IMG/VR virus record: IMGVR_UViG_3300037418_003161 | Span: 108,420-172,419 of that record | DNA length: 64,000 bases | Direction: 5' to 3' (one strand) | Source: a virus | Lineage: Duplodnaviria; Heunggongvirae; Uroviricota; Caudoviricetes | Part shown: in pieces, positions 42,966 to 51,606 of the stretch | Position numbering within the stretch: position 1 is the first letter of the stretch | Layout of the letters: each line of letters begins with the position of its first letter | Made by a program: the position numbers and the translations under genes | Notes under the pieces: generated by a model | The model's database searches: none | What the model saw: the letters and a program-made list of their open reading frames with translations, nothing else | Told to the model about the DNA's origin: nothing

Positions 42966-43136
42966 TTAGGCAATTTGTTTGTTTTTTGTGTCAACCTTTT
43001 TTTGAATGTCGGTAATTTCACGGCAGTTTTTAATGTTCTTGATTGCCGCCTTGGGGTTGTATCCCTTGACTTCTTGAGTCAGTTGCTTACCGCAGTAAGT
43101 CATGTAAGTTGCTACATAAGTGTGTTGTGTGTACAT
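42966..43136 (-). CDS. small hypothetical protein (56 aa) with perfect Shine-Dalgarno
   Basis: Manual translation MYTQHTYVATYMTYCGKQLTQEVKGYNPKAAIKNIKNCREITDIQKKVDTKNKQIA; AAGGAGG at 43141-43147; promoter 43170. Confidence 0.6.
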   Translation of the reverse strand: MYTQHTYVATYMTYCGKQLTQEVKGYNPKAAIKNIKNCREITDIQKKVDTKNKQIA

Positions 43137-43202
43137 AAGACCTCCTTAATTTTTTATCGATTCCAAAAACAAAGATAAAACAAGTTTTTGAATTTACCAA
43201 AT

Positions 43203-43343
43203 TTATTTTTCCAAGCTCTTTAGTCGGAGAAGCGAGTCCAGTATGGATTCCAGCCACTTGACTATCTTGGGGGAAGAGTACTTGTTTTCCCGGTAGGCAG
43301 TCAATTCTTCTTCCGTATATTTTATTTGTTCATCCAGCGTCAT
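43203..43343 (-). CDS. small hypothetical protein (46 aa)
   Basis: Manual translation MTLDEQIKYTEEELTAYRENKYSSPKIVKWLESILDSLLRLKSLEK. Confidence 0.55.
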   Translation of the reverse strand: MTLDEQIKYTEEELTAYRENKYSSPKIVKWLESILDSLLRLKSLEK

Positions 43344-43347
43344 ATAA

Positions 43348-43686
43348 TTATTTGTAATATGAAAGTAGGGTTTCAGACAATAGTCTCATCTTGTCAAGAA
43401 GAGGAATGGTTTGATGTGGGTTAGCCATGCTCAATTCATTAAATTCCTTTTTCCAACGGTTTAACGTTCGCACCATATCATTAATTTTATCCACCCTCTC
43501 ATTACCCGTAAATAACCCTTTTTCCGCAAGCCTCGCCCGAACAACGGTCTTGGCCTCTTCGCTATTTGGGGGAAGATGGTTGATGTATTCGTATAAGCCC
43601 CGCTTGATTACATCCTGAAGCAAGAGGGGGTGAACAAACACGATGCTGTGTTCACAATACTTGTCCAATAATTCCAAATCAGTCAT
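43348..43686 (-). CDS. hypothetical protein
   Basis: ORF after promoter 43734. Confidence 0.6.
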   Translation of the reverse strand: MTDLELLDKYCEHSIVFVHPLLLQDVIKRGLYEYINHLPPNSEEAKTVVRARLAEKGLFTGNERVDKINDMVRTLNRWKKEFNELSMANPHQTIPLLDKMRLLSETLLSYYK

Positions 43687-43833
43687 GATTAGCAATTTGA
43701 TTTATTCTACAATATAAGAATATTTTCTTAAAACAAAGATAAATCAACATTTTGAAAATTTAAATATTTTTTTCTTGGCTATTGACTTCCCGCCATTTTT
43801 TTCTTATGTTTTTACATAATCCGTATCCTAGAA

Positions 43834-45069
43834 ATGGCTAAAATTAAAGTATTGGTAATTCCATCCGATAGGTATGGTGTTGGAAAGTACCGTTCTGTAG
43901 ACCCCCACACGTATTTACAGAATAAGTACAAGGACGACTACCACATCGATTTGGAATTCGACCCTCCCACAGAGGATGATTTTTATAAAGACTATCAAAT
44001 AATTCATTTTCATAGTTTCTTACACAAAACAAATGATGTCATTAGTAGTAGTGAACTAACTGTAAAGCGGTTACAGTGGTGTAAGGAACGAGGCATTGTA
44101 ACCATTGCCGACATCGATGACTATTGGATGCCCGACCAATACCATCCTTTGTTTCAAATGGTGCGGGAACGCAAGGACAATGAATATAAAATCAAGGTTT
44201 TACGAGCGGTGGATTGGATAACCACAACCACTCCGATTTTTGCTGACGAAATTAAAAAAAGATTGGGTCTGAAAAACGTTGTGGTCTTACCCAATGCCAT
44301 CAATGAAGAAGAAGAGCAATACATCCCCAAGCCTGAACCCTCAGCCTTGGTACGATTCGGGTGGTTGGGTGGTTCATCCCACCTCCATGACATTGAATTG
44401 TTGAAAGACGGTATATCATCAATACAGTACGGTTTCAAAGACAAAGTACAATTTGTGTTGTGTGGCTTTGACTTGCGTGGACAAGTTACAGAAATCGACC
44501 CGGAAACCGGGCAAATGAACCGAAGGGACATAAAACCCCAAGAAACCTCTTGGTATGTTTATGAGCAGTTCTTTACCGACAACTATAAGGTATTGCCGGA
44601 AGGGTATAGGAACTTTTTACAAACCTTCAAAAACGAGCCTTTTGATGATGTAACGATGCCGTATAGACGAGTATGGACAAAACCCATTAACTCCTATGCG
44701 GAAAATTACAACAAATTCGATGTAACCCTTGCTCCACTCAAGGATACGCTGTTCAATTCAGTGAAATCCCAATTAAAGGTGATTGAAGCCGGGTTTCACA
44801 AAAAACCCATCATTGCAAGTGCCGTTGCACCGTATTTGATTGACGTGGTGAGTGCCGTGGAAAAGGGCGGTAAAATCAACCCCAAGGGCAATGGACTATT
44901 GGTGGACGTTAATAAAAATCACAAGCAGTGGCAACAGCACATGACCAAGCTGCTCAACCCTGCGCTGCGGGAAGATTTGGGCAACAAGCTGTACGAGACC
45001 GTTAAGGACAAATATTCTTTGAAAACGGTGAGCAAAACCCGAAATGATTTTTATAAATCCATTATATAA
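43834..45069 (+). CDS. GT-B fold glycosyltransferase (GT4-like)
   Basis: DIDDYW, VVVLPNAI, FGWLGGSSH..D, LAPL..FN..KSQLK.IEAG..PIIAS. Confidence 0.88.
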   Translation: MAKIKVLVIPSDRYGVGKYRSVDPHTYLQNKYKDDYHIDLEFDPPTEDDFYKDYQIIHFHSFLHKTNDVISSSELTVKRLQWCKERGIVTIADIDDYWMPDQYHPLFQMVRERKDNEYKIKVLRAVDWITTTTPIFADEIKKRLGLKNVVVLPNAINEEEEQYIPKPEPSALVRFGWLGGSSHLHDIELLKDGISSIQYGFKDKVQFVLCGFDLRGQVTEIDPETGQMNRRDIKPQETSWYVYEQFFTDNYKVLPEGYRNFLQTFKNEPFDDVTMPYRRVWTKPINSYAENYNKFDVTLAPLKDTLFNSVKSQLKVIEAGFHKKPIIASAVAPYLIDVVSAVEKGGKINPKGNGLLVDVNKNHKQWQQHMTKLLNPALREDLGNKLYETVKDKYSLKTVSKTRNDFYKSII

Positions 45070-45099
45070 CCCTGTTTAAAACTTTAAATATTATATCCT

Positions 45100-45345
45100 A
45101 TGTATTATTCAATTACTGTTGGTTACGAACTGGAAACCATGGACAAAGAAGGCAACCCCAAAATTAAAAAAGTAAAATACTTAGTGGAAGCCGAATCCGT
45201 GGAAGAAGCATCAATTGTCATGGGTCATTATCTTGCTGAAGACAGGCGTGGCAGTAAAGTTATCTCTGTTGTAGAAGATAAAACTGAAGACGTTATCTCA
45301 CAAGAACTGAAACCTAAATATTATAAAAAATTAGCCACAACCTAA
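45100..45345 (+). CDS. DUF4494-like small protein
   Basis: G..KIKKVKYLVEAESVEEA. Confidence 0.55.
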   Translation: MYYSITVGYELETMDKEGNPKIKKVKYLVEAESVEEASIVMGHYLAEDRRGSKVISVVEDKTEDVISQELKPKYYKKLATT

Positions 45346-45347
45346 GT

Positions 45348-45929
45348 ATGTTATCAAAAGAACAAATAACGTGGAATCAGGAGAAGTTCAAAGAGTTGAA
45401 CGAAAAGCACAACATCTTTACCGAATCCCTGAGCAATTTTTTGGGTGAGGGGTTTTTCCTTGCTCCGGCATCAACGATGCTAAGTTTACACAATGCCTGT
45501 CCCGGTGGATTGCTTGACCATCTGATAAAGACGTGTCGCTACATGATTCACCTCAATCGTGCCTTGCCGCAGAGTCTACAGGTAGCAGAGGCAAGCGTTT
45601 ACAAGGTGGCCTTTCTATCAGAAATCGGTAAAACGTTCCTGTACACGCCTTGTCAAAGTAAGTGGCACAGGGAAAACCAAGGCAAAATGTACGAATTCAA
45701 AGAAGACATGACCCATATGCGTGTCGGTGAACGGAGTGCCTATTATGCCTTGAGAAACGGTGTGGAACTTTCTGAAGAAGAATACCAAGCGATTGTTAAC
45801 ATCGATAAACCGCTTGATGACAAACAAGCAAAATGGTATGGTTCAACGCTGTCGCAACTTTTACGTCAGGCCACAGAACTAGCCATCATGGTAGAAAAAC
45901 ATGAAGCAGAAGCAGTCACGATTGAGTGA
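45348..45929 (+). CDS. HD-domain-like protein lacking HD residues
   Basis: APAS..HNACPGGLLDH; FLSEIGK where LLHDIGK is expected. Confidence 0.7.
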   Translation: MLSKEQITWNQEKFKELNEKHNIFTESLSNFLGEGFFLAPASTMLSLHNACPGGLLDHLIKTCRYMIHLNRALPQSLQVAEASVYKVAFLSEIGKTFLYTPCQSKWHRENQGKMYEFKEDMTHMRVGERSAYYALRNGVELSEEEYQAIVNIDKPLDDKQAKWYGSTLSQLLRQATELAIMVEKHEAEAVTIE

Positions 45930-46413
45930 ACTTCAAGAAACCATTAAGGAACTACACAAGTTAGGTGTGTTCTCAGAAGAAGAATTGGCCTATTTACAAT
46001 CCATCGATAAATCGGTGGATGAATTGTCCAAAGAATTTCAGGATAAACTGGTCGTAGGATTTATAAACCACAGCGACAATCCTGACCCCACTTTAGATGG
46101 GAACAAAATTCTTCTGAGAACAAACCTTTCTGATTCCGTTATTATCAGTCCCAACAATCTACAGACAGTTAAGACTGAAATTGCTTTTTCTCTGCCGGAC
46201 AACGTAGTTCTTTCTGTAACTACACCCCGCACATTATTGTTCCGGGGAATTTCGGTTGTTGGTTATTATTTTTACAACGACTACCTCATGGTAAGTCTTG
46301 TCAATCACAACAATTCTCACGTTATTATTACCCATGGTGAAGAATTAGTGGAAATATACTTCACTTATTGTCTTTCAAATGATACTGTTGTTTTAGAACG
46401 ATTCGAATCCTGA
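45901..46413 (+). CDS. degenerate dUTPase-like protein
   Basis: I.P....VKTEIAFSLP..V.PR..; SLVNHN..I.HGEELVE; catalytic motifs 2, 3 and 5 not recognisable. Confidence 0.55.
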   Translation: MKQKQSRLSELQETIKELHKLGVFSEEELAYLQSIDKSVDELSKEFQDKLVVGFINHSDNPDPTLDGNKILLRTNLSDSVIISPNNLQTVKTEIAFSLPDNVVLSVTTPRTLLFRGISVVGYYFYNDYLMVSLVNHNNSHVIITHGEELVEIYFTYCLSNDTVVLERFES

Positions 46414-46460
46414 GAGATATTTATCTCAAAGAAATAAACCGTTTTTCAAAACAATGTACA

Positions 46461-47177
46461 TTGAAAAAACCAAAAATAGCCGCTCCTGAAGCTCCAATTG
46501 AGAGGAAGTTCACCAACAAAGACAAGATTAAAGCCATTATAAAAAAATCCCCCAAATCTAAATTTTTAACCAAATCCCAAGAAGAGTATTGGGATATGTT
46601 AGAAAAAAATGAAATAACCCTATGTTTCGGCCCGGCAGGGGTGGGAAAATCCTTCATTGCCATGAAACGTGCGGTGGATTTGTTGTTCGGGGACAACAAA
46701 TATGAAAAAATTCTAATTGTGCGCCCTGCTGTGGAAGCTGAAGAAAAATTGGGTTCGCTTCCGGGGGGCTTGGAAGAAAAGCTTGACCCCTATACCTCCC
46801 CCTCCTTTTACCTGTTACATAAAATCATTGGAAAGGAAGCCACTGAAAACCTTAAGCTGATGGGATTTATAGAAGTGGCAGCGTTGGCTTATATGCGAGG
46901 ATGGAACGTAGACAACACCATTTTGATTTTTGAAGAGGCTCAGAATGCTTCTCCCAAACAAATGAAACTGTTATTAACCCGTATTGGTTTTAATTCTAAG
47001 TTCTTTATTTCCGGGGATTTGGAACAGACGGACAGGTTCAAAAAAAGTGAACAAACAGGCTTATACGATGCCAAAAAACGATTAGAAGGACTGCCCAACA
47101 TCGGCATTTTTGAGTTTGGAAAGGAAGACATCGTGCGGAATCCTTTGATTACTGAAATACTGAAACGTTATGAATAA
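46461..47177 (+). CDS. phoH: PhoH family ATPase
   Basis: GPAGVGKS, RPAVEAEEKLGSLPG, AYMRG, EEAQN, LLTRIG, GDLEQTD, IVRNPL. Confidence 0.95.
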   Translation: MKKPKIAAPEAPIERKFTNKDKIKAIIKKSPKSKFLTKSQEEYWDMLEKNEITLCFGPAGVGKSFIAMKRAVDLLFGDNKYEKILIVRPAVEAEEKLGSLPGGLEEKLDPYTSPSFYLLHKIIGKEATENLKLMGFIEVAALAYMRGWNVDNTILIFEEAQNASPKQMKLLLTRIGFNSKFFISGDLEQTDRFKKSEQTGLYDAKKRLEGLPNIGIFEFGKEDIVRNPLITEILKRYE

Positions 47178-47180
47178 AAG

Positions 47181-47206
47181 AAACCCCGGAAAAATTCCGG
47201 GGTTTT
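47181..47206. terminator. CCCGGAAA-family palindrome between convergent genes
   Basis: AAACCCCGGAAAAATTCCGGGGTTTT. Confidence 0.8.
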
Positions 47207-47207
47207 G

Positions 47208-47444
47208 CTATAAAAGGACGGTTTGTGTTGGTTGATGATTTTTTTTAAGGGTAAGCCGTTCCATTTCCTTTTCCCACCACTGCCCCGCTTCCTTGTCATC
47301 ATCAAATACCAAAAGCTGATACCCGGTAGCCCAACGGTGAATGTAAACCCTGCCGCTTTTGCGGTCTTTGTCGGCTGTGCAATCCTTTTGGGGGTTGAAG
47401 TTTCTTAAAAAGCTAAGCGTGGTTGAACCGTAAGTCCGTGTCAT
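47208..47444 (-). CDS. hypothetical protein
   Basis: Start moved to ATG 47444 after promoter 47467. Confidence 0.55.
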   Translation of the reverse strand: MTRTYGSTTLSFLRNFNPQKDCTADKDRKSGRVYIHRWATGYQLLVFDDDKEAGQWWEKEMERLTLKKNHQPTQTVLL

Positions 47445-47538
47445 TACTTGTATGTTTATTTCGAAACAAAGATAAAACAAGTTCTAAATATCTTCCAAAA
47501 CTATTTACAAATATTTTTTTTCGGGATATAATTTCACC

Positions 47539-48153
47539 ATGACAGTACATGTAAGCATAAATGGTGTTCTCAGGGATTTTTGGTCGAAACTGAAGCAGGA
47601 GTACCGAAAATTCTATATTGAAACAGACTCCGCAACGGAAGAAGACTTTGAATATAAAATCAACGATGCTGCCACAAATGAAATTTTACAAAAATTTTCG
47701 TTTCAAAGCGAAGAAGAAATGAAATATTTTCTTTATGTGGAATTCCCTATGGAAATATTCGGTCATGCCGCCCCTGTCTATAAAAATGTTATGTTGGATT
47801 TGCTGACGTACCGTAGTCAACAACCCACCCCTGCCAAACTTGTCTTGGTCTCTCAGGAATTGGGTAGAGCCATACCTTCCACGTTGTTTTTTCTATCCAA
47901 GACCACCGCACAGGTCAACCACATCCGCTTCTTTCAGGATGATTCCGAAATCGAACAAATCTGGAATGAGTGTGATGTGTGGATAACCGATGACCCCAAG
48001 ATAATTGAACGGAAGCCGGAAGGAAAAACGGTCATTAAAGTGTTGACCGACTTCAACGAACAGTACCAAACCGACCTAACAATAAACAATTTATCTGATT
48101 TAATTCAAAGCAATGAGCAGATTGAGAAACCAAGAATCGAACAACTTGACTGA
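47539..48153 (+). CDS. HAD 5'(3')-nucleotidase-like protein with altered motif I
   Basis: VSINGVLRD for DxDGV; TLFFLSK; DVWITDDP. Confidence 0.7.
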   Translation: MTVHVSINGVLRDFWSKLKQEYRKFYIETDSATEEDFEYKINDAATNEILQKFSFQSEEEMKYFLYVEFPMEIFGHAAPVYKNVMLDLLTYRSQQPTPAKLVLVSQELGRAIPSTLFFLSKTTAQVNHIRFFQDDSEIEQIWNECDVWITDDPKIIERKPEGKTVIKVLTDFNEQYQTDLTINNLSDLIQSNEQIEKPRIEQLD

Positions 48154-48433
48154 CAATTTATTGGAGTATTGTGGTAAAAAATACGCCTTTGATGTGGAGG
48201 TCTTTTCCGAAAAAATTACCCTATACAATGAAAAGGGAATACAGGAAATCCATCTTCCCAAATATGAACTGTATAAGTCCTTAATTGAGGTGGTCATCTC
48301 TCCACCGCCAGAAGAAACCGACAGTGAAGATTATGTCCTAAAAAACATCAAGATGGCATCCAACACGCCGTTTGACTTCAAGCTGGCCTTCAACACCCTA
48401 ATCAAAGACCAAATTATTAAAGAGTATGAGTGA
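48113..48433 (+). CDS. hypothetical protein
   Basis: 106 aa; FKLAFNTL motif. Confidence 0.6.
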   Translation: MSRLRNQESNNLTDNLLEYCGKKYAFDVEVFSEKITLYNEKGIQEIHLPKYELYKSLIEVVISPPPEETDSEDYVLKNIKMASNTPFDFKLAFNTLIKDQIIKEYE

Positions 48434-49511
48434 CATTCAGAAAAAAATAGATTCAGTGGTCGCTTCCATTGAAAAAATAAAAGCCAAGGAAAACAATCTT
48501 TTCTTCTTTGTACAAGACACCAAGAACAACGCCAAAGGGTCGGTAGCCTTTGTCTACGAACTGGTGAAAATCCTACACGAAGAAGGGTATAAAGCTGCCA
48601 TCTTGCACGACGATGAGTTCAAACCCATGACATGGTTGGGAGAAGCCTATACCTCCCTGCCCCATCGCAGCATCAAACAGGATTTTGTGGTAGGGTCACA
48701 CGACATGATTGTACTGCCGGAGATTCTTTCCTACATCATGCCGCAATTGGAAACCATTCCCTGCATCAAGGTGGTGTTGTGTCAGGCGTATGATTATATA
48801 TTTGAAACCCTTGACCCCGGCGCATCTTGGACGGACTATGGATTCAATCTCTGCATCACCGTTTCCCAAAGCCTTGTGGAGTTTATTAATTCCTTTTTCC
48901 CCAACGTGAAAATAGACGTAGTTAATCCCTTCATTTCAGAGGTGTTCCAACCCTCGAAGTTTCCAAGCAAACCACTGATTGCGATTCATTCAAGAGAGCA
49001 AAGGGATTCCATGAACATCGTCAAATCGTTTTATACCAAATACCCAAACTTTCGTTGGTTTGGTTTTCGTGACCTTCGGGGACTACCAAGAGAAACCTTT
49101 GCACAATCCTTAAGCGAATGCTGTTTAAGTGTGTGGGTGGATGATGCGGCCAGTTTCGGAACATTTCCTTTGGAATCTATGAAGCTCGGTATCCCGGTTA
49201 TCGGCAAAATCCCCAATAAAGTGCCAGAATGGATGACCGAAGAAAATGGTATTTGGATTGGGGATTCCACTGAACTGATTGACCATATCGCCAAATTCAT
49301 CCAACACTGGTTGGAGGATACCATCCCGGATACCTTCACCAATAAATTGAGTGAAACCCTACAGCCGTATAGTGTAGAAAAAACCAAGGAACAGGTACTT
49401 AAAACCATCAATTTGTATTTGGACAAACGAGTGGAAGCTTTGGAAGAAGCATTAACCAAATTAAAAGCAAAATTAGAAAATGAAGCATTCAGTGATAATT
49501 CCAATTCATGA
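48426..49511 (+). CDS. GT-B fold glycosyltransferase-like protein
   Basis: IVLPE..; FGTFPLESMKLG.PVIG. Confidence 0.75.
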   Translation: MSDIQKKIDSVVASIEKIKAKENNLFFFVQDTKNNAKGSVAFVYELVKILHEEGYKAAILHDDEFKPMTWLGEAYTSLPHRSIKQDFVVGSHDMIVLPEILSYIMPQLETIPCIKVVLCQAYDYIFETLDPGASWTDYGFNLCITVSQSLVEFINSFFPNVKIDVVNPFISEVFQPSKFPSKPLIAIHSREQRDSMNIVKSFYTKYPNFRWFGFRDLRGLPRETFAQSLSECCLSVWVDDAASFGTFPLESMKLGIPVIGKIPNKVPEWMTEENGIWIGDSTELIDHIAKFIQHWLEDTIPDTFTNKLSETLQPYSVEKTKEQVLKTINLYLDKRVEALEEALTKLKAKLENEAFSDNSNS

Positions 49512-50262
49512 AATGAATGAAACAGTTAAGGGGTATTTAGCCAAAGCGTTCAAGTCGGTAGACCGTGATAAAGCGGAGGTTTTGATTGTCTACACCCCAA
49601 ACGTAACCATTGAGCAGATACAAGAAGTAATTGGAATGGACGATACCAACCTGTGGTTTATTTTAAACCCGGAAACCAGTGACTTCTGTTCCCAAGTCAA
49701 TTATGGGGCCAAGCACGTCACCACGGATTGGTTTTCCATCTTGGAGTACGATGATTCCTATGCGCCCAAGTGGTTTGACAATGTTGATACCTACATTGCA
49801 GCCTATGGTGATGTAGATGTATTTCTGCCCATCGTAGCCGATGTGGACGAACACGATAAATTTATTTCCTTCACCAACGAAACCCTGTGGGCGTTGGGAT
49901 TTTCAGAAGTACAGGGTTACTTGGATAACGCTAGTTTATTGGAGTATCAAAACTTCCAAATCTCAGGAGCGGTGTACAATACCGGAAAATTTTTAAAATT
50001 CGGTGGATTGAAATCCAATATCAAACTCTCCTTTGGTTATGAATTGCTGCTGCGCCTGACCCACAACAACTTAAAGGTAATGACCATCCCCAAAATCGGA
50101 TATAAACATACAAATATGCGAACCGACTCTTTGTTTTGGAAATACAAAAACGACGAGCAGCAAAAACTCTCTTCACAAGAAGGAAAGTTTTGGATGGATG
50201 CTGCCCGTAAGGAATATTATTTCACCGAACAAAGAGACATCAGCTACAGTGAACCCCAATAG
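49480..50262 (+). CDS. GT2 family glycosyltransferase
   Basis: SVIIPIH..QVNYG..WFSILEYDD..GGLK..ELLLRL. Confidence 0.82.
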   Translation: MKHSVIIPIHEMNETVKGYLAKAFKSVDRDKAEVLIVYTPNVTIEQIQEVIGMDDTNLWFILNPETSDFCSQVNYGAKHVTTDWFSILEYDDSYAPKWFDNVDTYIAAYGDVDVFLPIVADVDEHDKFISFTNETLWALGFSEVQGYLDNASLLEYQNFQISGAVYNTGKFLKFGGLKSNIKLSFGYELLLRLTHNNLKVMTIPKIGYKHTNMRTDSLFWKYKNDEQQKLSSQEGKFWMDAARKEYYFTEQRDISYSEPQ

Positions 50263-50265
50263 TGA

Positions 50266-50967
50266 ATGCCTCGCACAAAGAAAAGTAAAAAGTACTTTGA
50301 CGAAGCGGAGGAAAAAGCGGTTATCAAGTATTTAAAAGCAAAAACCGAAGAACAGAAAAACGAAATATTTAATACATATTTACGTCTCCCTTTAAGCAAA
50401 ATGGTAGAAAGTATTATCCGTAGGTACAAACTGTATCGTAAGGACATACCATTTGAAAATCAACACGCCGATGTAATGTCTTTTTTGATAACAAAGGTGG
50501 ATAAGTTTGACCCCAAGCAAAACAAAAAAGCCTATTCCTATTTTGGTACAATATGTAAGCACTACCAAATGGGAATGATTCAAAAAGACCAAAAGGAGCA
50601 AAACCGTTCTATTTCGTATGAGGACATCTCCTCCAATTTGGAGAACCGGGCCGACATGGTTTATTACATTGACAAAACTGAAGTGGACTATTCCACCATC
50701 ATCACCAAATATGTAATCGAACTGGAAGATTTTATCGAACAGGAAGAGCTTACCGAAAATGAAATCAAATTGGGGTATGCCCTTATTGAAATCTTCACCA
50801 ACTATGAAAAAATATTCCAGATTGGGGATGGTAATAAGTTTAATAAAAATCTTATTCTTCTTTCGCTCCGGGAAATGACTTCCCTCACAACCAAAGAGAT
50901 AAGAGCCTCAATGAAACGGTACAAATCCATGTATAGTCTTATGGTTAACGATTTTTTGGATGAATAA
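50266..50967 (+). CDS. sigma-factor-like protein (region 2; T4 gp55-like late sigma candidate)
   Basis: LSKMVESII..DVMSFLITKVDKFDP..KAYSYFGTICKHY. Confidence 0.6.
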   Translation: MPRTKKSKKYFDEAEEKAVIKYLKAKTEEQKNEIFNTYLRLPLSKMVESIIRRYKLYRKDIPFENQHADVMSFLITKVDKFDPKQNKKAYSYFGTICKHYQMGMIQKDQKEQNRSISYEDISSNLENRADMVYYIDKTEVDYSTIITKYVIELEDFIEQEELTENEIKLGYALIEIFTNYEKIFQIGDGNKFNKNLILLSLREMTSLTTKEIRASMKRYKSMYSLMVNDFLDE

Positions 50968-51289
50968 CAATACCACTATAGAAAAGTTTATTAAGGTGTT
51001 GTCGCCAACGTTGGAAATCAACCATGGTGATGACACCTTCTTATTTACCTTATGTAATATAGAATTTGTATCCCACCGACTCCACATACTTTACTACCAC
51101 GAACATAATGATATTTCTCCGTTGTTGGTTGATTACATTGAAGCGTATGTTACCCAAACAGTTAATCACTACCTGACAACATACTGTGGTTTGTCATTGA
51201 TAAGTAGGGTTATAATATTTAAAAAAGACCGAGAACCTATTTATAATATATGGACAGAAGAAAAAAACGTTCAATCGAATACACGGTAG
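50960..51289 (+). CDS. small YFG-family protein
   Basis: AT-rich; FTLCNIEF..YLTTYCGLSL. Confidence 0.5.
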   Translation: MNNNTTIEKFIKVLSPTLEINHGDDTFLFTLCNIEFVSHRLHILYYHEHNDISPLLVDYIEAYVTQTVNHYLTTYCGLSLISRVIIFKKDREPIYNIWTEEKNVQSNTR

Positions 51290-51606
51290 ATTCGGCATTG
51301 GCTCTGATGCAGGAAATTTACCATGAACTCAATGAGAACCGGGCGACTGCCCTGCTCATCCAAAAGAAAATGCTTTCATTTATGAAGGATGCTAATGATT
51401 TGGAGACTCTTGGCCCAATCATCAAAGACCAACAGAAAATCCTCAACGATACGGTGGATAAAAAAATTCAGTTGTCCAAATTGCAAACCACCATCCTTCT
51501 AAAACAAAACGAAGGGAAGGGTGGCTTGCAAAAGATGTCCATCACTTCAAGTGAAAGAGAAATGTTGGAGCAATTACTGGAAAACCGGGATGAAAACAAC
51601 CAATAA
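51250..51606 (+). CDS. hypothetical coiled-coil protein
   Basis: 118 aa after TATTTAT. Confidence 0.65.
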   Translation: MDRRKKRSIEYTVDSALALMQEIYHELNENRATALLIQKKMLSFMKDANDLETLGPIIKDQQKILNDTVDKKIQLSKLQTTILLKQNEGKGGLQKMSITSSEREMLEQLLENRDENNQ

